From: an uncultured Thermoleophilaceae bacterium | GTDB taxonomy: Bacteria > Actinomycetota > Thermoleophilia > Solirubrobacterales > Thermoleophilaceae | Assembly (NCBI GenBank): GCA_963811055.1 | Contig: CAWEPQ010000001.1 | Coordinates: 60,390 to 124,389 of the forward strand | Direction: 5' to 3' | Length of the DNA stretch: 64,000 nt | Shown: positions 59,415-64,000 of the stretch, in pieces | Numbering within the stretch: the first letter of the stretch is position 1 | Layout of the letters: the number at the start of each line of letters is the position of its first letter | Made by a program: the position numbers and the translations under genes | The notes under the pieces: model-generated | The model's database searches: none | The model's input: the letters and a program-made list of their open reading frames with translations, nothing else | What the model was told of the DNA's origin: nothing

Positions 59415-61004
59415 GTGAACGACGCCAAGGTTTCGCGGCGGCGATTCGTCTCGGGTGCCGGAGGCTTGTCCGCTGCGGTTCTCGTAGCTCCGAACGCGAT
59501 GGCCTCGCGTGGCTGGCACGGCCGGCGCGGACCCACACTCCGGGGCGGCAAGTTCGCCGAGGGCGTGCTCTCAGGCGATCCCACGCCTTACGGGATCACG
59601 CTGTGGACGCGGGTCGCGGACGTGGAGCACCACGGCAGCGTCGAGCTCCAGGTGGCCAAGGACCCCGGCTTCAGGCGCATCGTGGCCCGAGAGTTCATCC
59701 AGGCCGGCAGCTGGAGCGGCTACGCGGTCAAGGCACGCGTCGAATGGCTCCGGCCCCACGAGCAGTACTGGTACCGCTTCTCCACCCGCGACGAGACGAG
59801 CCCGGTCGGCCGTTTCCGCACGGCGCTTCCGCCTGACTCCAATCAACCAGTCCGCTTCGCCTTCTTCTCCTGCCAGGACTTCACCTTCGGCTACTACACG
59901 GCGCACGCGCTGCTCGCCCAGGAGGACGTGGACTTCGTACTCAACCTCGGCGACTACATCTATGCCGAGGCCTATCACTCGGCGGGAAGCCCCTCGGGTG
60001 GAGTGCGCACCGACCCGGTGGGCGAGTCCATCTCCCTCGACCAGTACCGGGCCAAGTACGCCGCCTACCGGTCGGACCCCAACCTGCGGCAGGTGCATTC
60101 GCAGTTCCCGATGATCTCGATCTGGGACGACCACGAGCTCCAGGACGACTACGCCGGCGGTGCCGGGCCGACCGGCGGCCTTGCCCCGGAATTGCGTTAC
60201 AGCCTCGCGCGCAAGGACGCGGCCTACCGCGCCTTCTTCGAGTCGATGCCGACCTACGGGTATTCCCGCAAGCGCCCCAACCGCATCTACCAGTCGATGC
60301 GCTTCGGGAAGAACGTCGACCTGATCCTGCTCGACGAACGCCAGTACCGGGCCGACCAGCCGTGCGGCGACGCCTTCCTCGCGCCCGCGTGCGAAGGACT
60401 CGAGGATCCGCGCACGCTCCTCGGAGCGGAGCAGCTCGACTGGGCCAAGCGCCAGCTGTCGTCGAGCCGCGCCAACTGGAAGGTGATCGCCAACGAGGTG
60501 ATGATCGAGCGCACCTACTTCCCGGGCGGCGCGATCATCAACTTCGACTCCTGGATGGGCTATCCGCACGAGCGCGGGCAGCTGCTCGGCCACATCAGGG
60601 ACAAGGGGATCAAGGACGTCGTTTTCGTCACCGGCGACATCCATACGTTCGTGGCCGGGGACGTCCGCGTGGCCGACACCGATGCCACTCCGGTGGCCAC
60701 CGAGTTCGTCGGCGGCTCGATCACCTCACAGGGGCTCGGCGAGGGCGGCGGCGGCGTGCTGCCTGGAGCGGACCCGTTCAATCCGCGCACGCCAACCGGC
60801 ATCGTGCTGGCGTTGAAGTCGGTCAATCCCTGGGTCAAGGCCGCTGACTTCGACCGCCACGGCTACGGGCTCGCCGAAGCCACGGAGACCGGCTTCTCGT
60901 GCCAGCTCAAGCGGGTGGCGGGCATCAAGACGCCCACGAGCTCACAGCTGCCCATAGGCGAGTTCGACTACCAGGTCGCGCGCGGGCACCCAAGCATCCT
61001 GTAA
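59415..61004 (+). CDS. phoD: alkaline phosphatase D family protein (Tat-secreted), copy 1
   Basis: Track ORF 59358..61004 trimmed to GTG 59415, which has GGAGGGGG upstream. It has the Tat motif SRRRFV and the metallophosphatase segments FAFFSCQD, LGDYIYAE and WDDHE. Confidence 0.85.
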   Translation: MNDAKVSRRRFVSGAGGLSAAVLVAPNAMASRGWHGRRGPTLRGGKFAEGVLSGDPTPYGITLWTRVADVEHHGSVELQVAKDPGFRRIVAREFIQAGSWSGYAVKARVEWLRPHEQYWYRFSTRDETSPVGRFRTALPPDSNQPVRFAFFSCQDFTFGYYTAHALLAQEDVDFVLNLGDYIYAEAYHSAGSPSGGVRTDPVGESISLDQYRAKYAAYRSDPNLRQVHSQFPMISIWDDHELQDDYAGGAGPTGGLAPELRYSLARKDAAYRAFFESMPTYGYSRKRPNRIYQSMRFGKNVDLILLDERQYRADQPCGDAFLAPACEGLEDPRTLLGAEQLDWAKRQLSSSRANWKVIANEVMIERTYFPGGAIINFDSWMGYPHERGQLLGHIRDKGIKDVVFVTGDIHTFVAGDVRVADTDATPVATEFVGGSITSQGLGEGGGGVLPGADPFNPRTPTGIVLALKSVNPWVKAADFDRHGYGLAEATETGFSCQLKRVAGIKTPTSSQLPIGEFDYQVARGHPSIL

Positions 61005-61100
61005 AGCGCTTGAGTGTGAACGAGCCCGGCGCTAGGCTCGCCCGGCTCGCCCGCCGACCTTCGCCCGAGGGCCAGCGGCCCTAACTATCTGGAGGTGGCA

Positions 61101-62675
61101 GTGAACCGCGCTCTGCTCTCGCGACGTGGCTTCGTTTCCGGCGCCGGAGGCCTGACGGCAACGGTGCTGCTGGCTCCGGAGGCCATGGCCGGCAAGCGCC
61201 CACCGCGCCCGAATCTGCGCGGCGGGAAGTTCGCGGAGGGCGTGGCGTCGGGCGATCCGGCTCCGCGTGCCATCACGCTCTGGACGCGAATCGGGGACGT
61301 GGAGGGCACCGGCACCGTGGAGGTCCAGGTGGCCCGGGACCGCGGCTTCCGCAAGGTCGTGGCACGTGACCTCATCAAGACCAGCGACGGCGGTGCCCAC
61401 TACGCGAAGGCGCGCGTGGCCGGTCTCAAGCCGTACGAGGAGTACTTCTACCGCTTCGCCACGCGCGACGAGCAGAGCCCCGTCGGGCGCTTCCGCACCG
61501 CGCTCCCGCCCGACTCGAACCATCCGGTTCGCTTCGCCTTCTTCTCCTGCCAGGACTTCACGTTCGGCTACTTCAACGCCCACGCGATCATGGCGAAGGA
61601 GGACCTCGACTTCGTGGTCTGCCTCGGCGACTACATCTACGCCGAGGACTACTACCCGGTAGGACCCAACGGGGGCGTCCGCGACGACCCGGTCGGCACC
61701 GCCGAGACACTCGAGCAGTACCGGGCCAAGTACGCCGCGTACCGGACCGATCCGAACCTGCGGCGTGTCCATGCCCGCTTCCCGATGATCAACATCTGGG
61801 ACGACCACGAGGTTCAGGACAACTACGCGGGCGGCGCCGGGCCGACTGGCGGACTCGACCCGTCGCTGCACTACTCGGACGCGCGGAAGCGCGCCGGCTA
61901 CCAGGCCTTCTTCGAGAGCCTGCCCACCTACGGCGCCAAGAAGGGGAGCCAGCGGATCTACCGCGCCGCCCGGTTCGGGCGCAATGTGGATCTCGTCCTG
62001 TGCGACTCCCGGATGTACCGGGACGACCAGCCATGCGGAGATCCCGTGGTCGGTCCCTCCTGCCCGGAGATCAATCAGCCGCGCAAGTACCTGGGACGCA
62101 ACCAGATGAACTTCGTCAAGAAGCGCCTGGCGTCCTCCACCGCCTCGTGGAAGGTGGTGGCCAACCAGCTGATGATCATGAGGACGTTCTTCCCCGGCGG
62201 GGACATCATCAACTTCGACTCCTGGATGGGCTATCCGACCGAGCGCAGGGAGCTCGTTGGCCACATCAAGAGCAAGAAGATCAAGGACGTGGTGTTCGTC
62301 ACCGGTGACATCCACACGTTCGTGGCCGGAGACGTTCGCCTCAACGACACCGACAAGCGCGCGCTCGCCACCGAGTTCGTGGGCGGCTCCATCTCCGCGC
62401 CCGGGCTTGGCGAGGGCGGCGGCGGCGTGCTACCGGGCGCCGATCCGAACAATCCCAAGACGCCCGAGGGGATCGTCAACGCCCTGAAGGCGGTGAACCC
62501 GTGGGTCAAGAGCGGCGAGTTCGACCACCACGGGTACGGGCTGGTGACGGCCTCGAAGAAGGACTTCCGCTGCACGCTCAAGCGCGTCGGCACGGTCAGG
62601 AAGCGCGGCAGCAAGCTCCTGCCGACCGGCGAGTTCCACTACCGCGTCAAGCGCGGCCACCCCAGCATCCTCTGA
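61101..62675 (+). CDS. phoD: alkaline phosphatase D family protein (Tat-secreted), copy 2
   Basis: Track ORF 61095..62675. I chose GTG 61101 by analogy with copy 1, since GGTGGCAGTGAAC is conserved. It is colinear with copy 1, at about 65-70% identity by eye. Confidence 0.85.
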   Translation: MNRALLSRRGFVSGAGGLTATVLLAPEAMAGKRPPRPNLRGGKFAEGVASGDPAPRAITLWTRIGDVEGTGTVEVQVARDRGFRKVVARDLIKTSDGGAHYAKARVAGLKPYEEYFYRFATRDEQSPVGRFRTALPPDSNHPVRFAFFSCQDFTFGYFNAHAIMAKEDLDFVVCLGDYIYAEDYYPVGPNGGVRDDPVGTAETLEQYRAKYAAYRTDPNLRRVHARFPMINIWDDHEVQDNYAGGAGPTGGLDPSLHYSDARKRAGYQAFFESLPTYGAKKGSQRIYRAARFGRNVDLVLCDSRMYRDDQPCGDPVVGPSCPEINQPRKYLGRNQMNFVKKRLASSTASWKVVANQLMIMRTFFPGGDIINFDSWMGYPTERRELVGHIKSKKIKDVVFVTGDIHTFVAGDVRLNDTDKRALATEFVGGSISAPGLGEGGGGVLPGADPNNPKTPEGIVNALKAVNPWVKSGEFDHHGYGLVTASKKDFRCTLKRVGTVRKRGSKLLPTGEFHYRVKRGHPSIL

Positions 62676-62979
62676 AAAAAGTGGACCGTGCACCCGGCGT
62701 CGAAGCTCGTCCTCGGGCGTGCCCGCCGAATATCGGCTCCGGCCAGGCTGGTCCGCGACGCATGGCCGGTATCGCTTAAGGCTGCTTCCTCCCGGATCTG
62801 ACCTGGTTCGCGAGCGTCCACCGCGCGGGACCCGGCCATCGACGCCTCTACTCGGCGTACTGACCCCGAGGGCAGAACCCCTTCGACGGGAGTTCAGCCC
62901 CGCTAGAGCGGATTACGGGTGACAGGGCACCGCTAATTCCCCGCCTAGCACGGTCCGCTCGGAAGGCTAGCCGATCGGT

Positions 62980-63799
62980 GTGTCCAGGCGAGAGGGGACT
63001 GGAATCGCGCCGGCCGTCCACTGTGCCGATGCTCAACACATTCCGAACGGTGAACATAGCCCTCGCGCACGGACACTCCTCGACCACACCTCACCCGCCC
63101 TGATCGTCTCAATCGTCGCCCTGGTGGTGGCGCTCGGCGGGACGGGGTACGCGGCGGTGGGCCTCCGCGATCGGAGCGTCGGGGCTAGACATCTGAAGAA
63201 GAACGCGGTGTCGTCGGCGAAGGTGAAGGACCAATCGCTCGTGCTGAACGACTTCAAGCGCGCCGCGCGCGCCAAGCTGCACGGGGACGCAGGTGCCCGC
63301 GGCGGGCAGGGGTTGCGCGGACTGGTCGGCCTGGCTGGACCCGCCGGCGTGACCGGTCTGCGCGGCGGCCAGGGCACTGCCGGTGTCGAGGGGACCGATG
63401 GGACGGATGGCACCGACGGCCTTGACGGCCTCGACGGCGCACAGGGAATCCAGGGCAATGCAGGACCCACGGGCGTAGAGCAGGTGCTGGTGCGAACGAC
63501 GGCGCTGTCGTTCCTTGGCGGGACCGGCGCGGACGGCCAGAGTCCTACTCGGATACGTTCAGTGCCAGCCGGGAGAAGCGTGGTCGGTGGAGGAGCGGAC
63601 GTCTGATCCAGACCTCGCCGTTTCAGGCCAGCCGAACACCGTGATCGTCACGACGAGTCGGCCCGGCAGACGTCGAGCGGAGCGTCTCCGCTCCGACGGA
63701 TCCGAGCCACGAGGTTGGTTCGTTGCGGCCCGACGCAACAGCAATGCGGCAACCCAGACGGTGAGCATCTACGTTCTCTGCGCCTCGGCCGCCCCGTAG
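62980..63799 (+). pseudogene. membrane-anchored collagen-like (G-X-Y) repeat protein, 3' part frameshifted
   Basis: ORF 62980..63606 has a TM helix (ALIVSIVALVVALGG) and about 25 G-X-Y triplets. It stops right after VVGGGADV. The overlapping +1 frame (ORF 63515..63799) carries YVQC.. and a plausible C-terminus, ..GWFVAARRNSNAATQTVSIYVLCASAAP. Confidence 0.65.
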
Positions 63800-63828
63800 T
63801 CTGCGGCGGGTCCCCGAGAAGGAGAGCG

Positions 63829-64000
63829 ATGCCTGACCGCCACAAGATCGAAGCCGAACACGCCCCGGCCGCCATCGGACCGTACAGCCAGGCGATCCGG
63901 ACCGGCGACCTTCTGTTCTGCTCGGGCCAGCTCCCGATGGACCCGTCCAGCGGCGAGATCATCAAGGAGGACGCGCCGGGTCAGGCACGTCAGTGCCTCG
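63829..64000 (+). CDS. ridA: RidA/YjgF-family reactive intermediate deaminase (3' end beyond window)
   Basis: ATG 63829 preceded by GAAGGAG. My translation is MPDRHKIEAEHAPAAIGPYSQAIRTGDLLFCSGQLPMDPSSGEIIKEDAPGQARQCL. Confidence 0.8.
   Translation, partial: MPDRHKIEAEHAPAAIGPYSQAIRTGDLLFCSGQLPMDPSSGEIIKEDAPGQARQCL

Overview
This is a 64-kb, roughly 70% G+C, gene-dense stretch of chromosomal core from a high-GC Gram-positive (Actinomycetota-like) genome. The gene content (CsrA, HdrB-type succinate dehydrogenase, collagen-like and PD40-repeat secreted proteins) suggests a deep-branching lineage such as Thermoleophilia or Rubrobacteria, but that is inference only. I support about 60 protein genes and one tRNA-Gln.

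Most genes sit in conserved housekeeping clusters, many joined by 4-nt ATGA/GTGA overlaps:
- rplY-pth-mfd-PPIase-mazG-eno-ftsB
- glmU-prs
- metG-tatD-rsmA-ispE
- ROK kinase-rsmI
- hsp20-lon
- icd-mdh
- sdhA-sdhB-HdrB-like subunit
- ask-asd
- dnaX-ybaB-recR
- glyQS

I found no rRNA, CRISPR array, transposase, integrase or prophage.

The strongest signal is technical or evolutionary rather than a new system. At least seven, and possibly eleven, single-base indels break conserved genes: eno, mfd (twice), mdh, an M23 peptidase, an NmrA-like gene with a compensating +1/-1 pair, and a collagen-like gene. The starts of pth, mazG and a DUF559 gene may also be affected.

I could not identify a convincing new multi-gene system. 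The loci most worth a second look are:
- a lower-GC free-standing HNH endonuclease between tRNA-Gln and glmU
- a 30-nt double-palindrome repeat present twice, at the mfd start and inside a structured glyQS leader
- an anchor-less type-E-like succinate dehydrogenase with an extended SdhB
- a 7 x 60-aa PD40 propeller protein
- tandem phoD paralogs with a shared upstream motif
- an Asp-to-Asn atypical LuxR regulator
- a stand-alone CsrA

Coordinates of features outside the ORF track were hand-counted and may be off by 1-2 nt.
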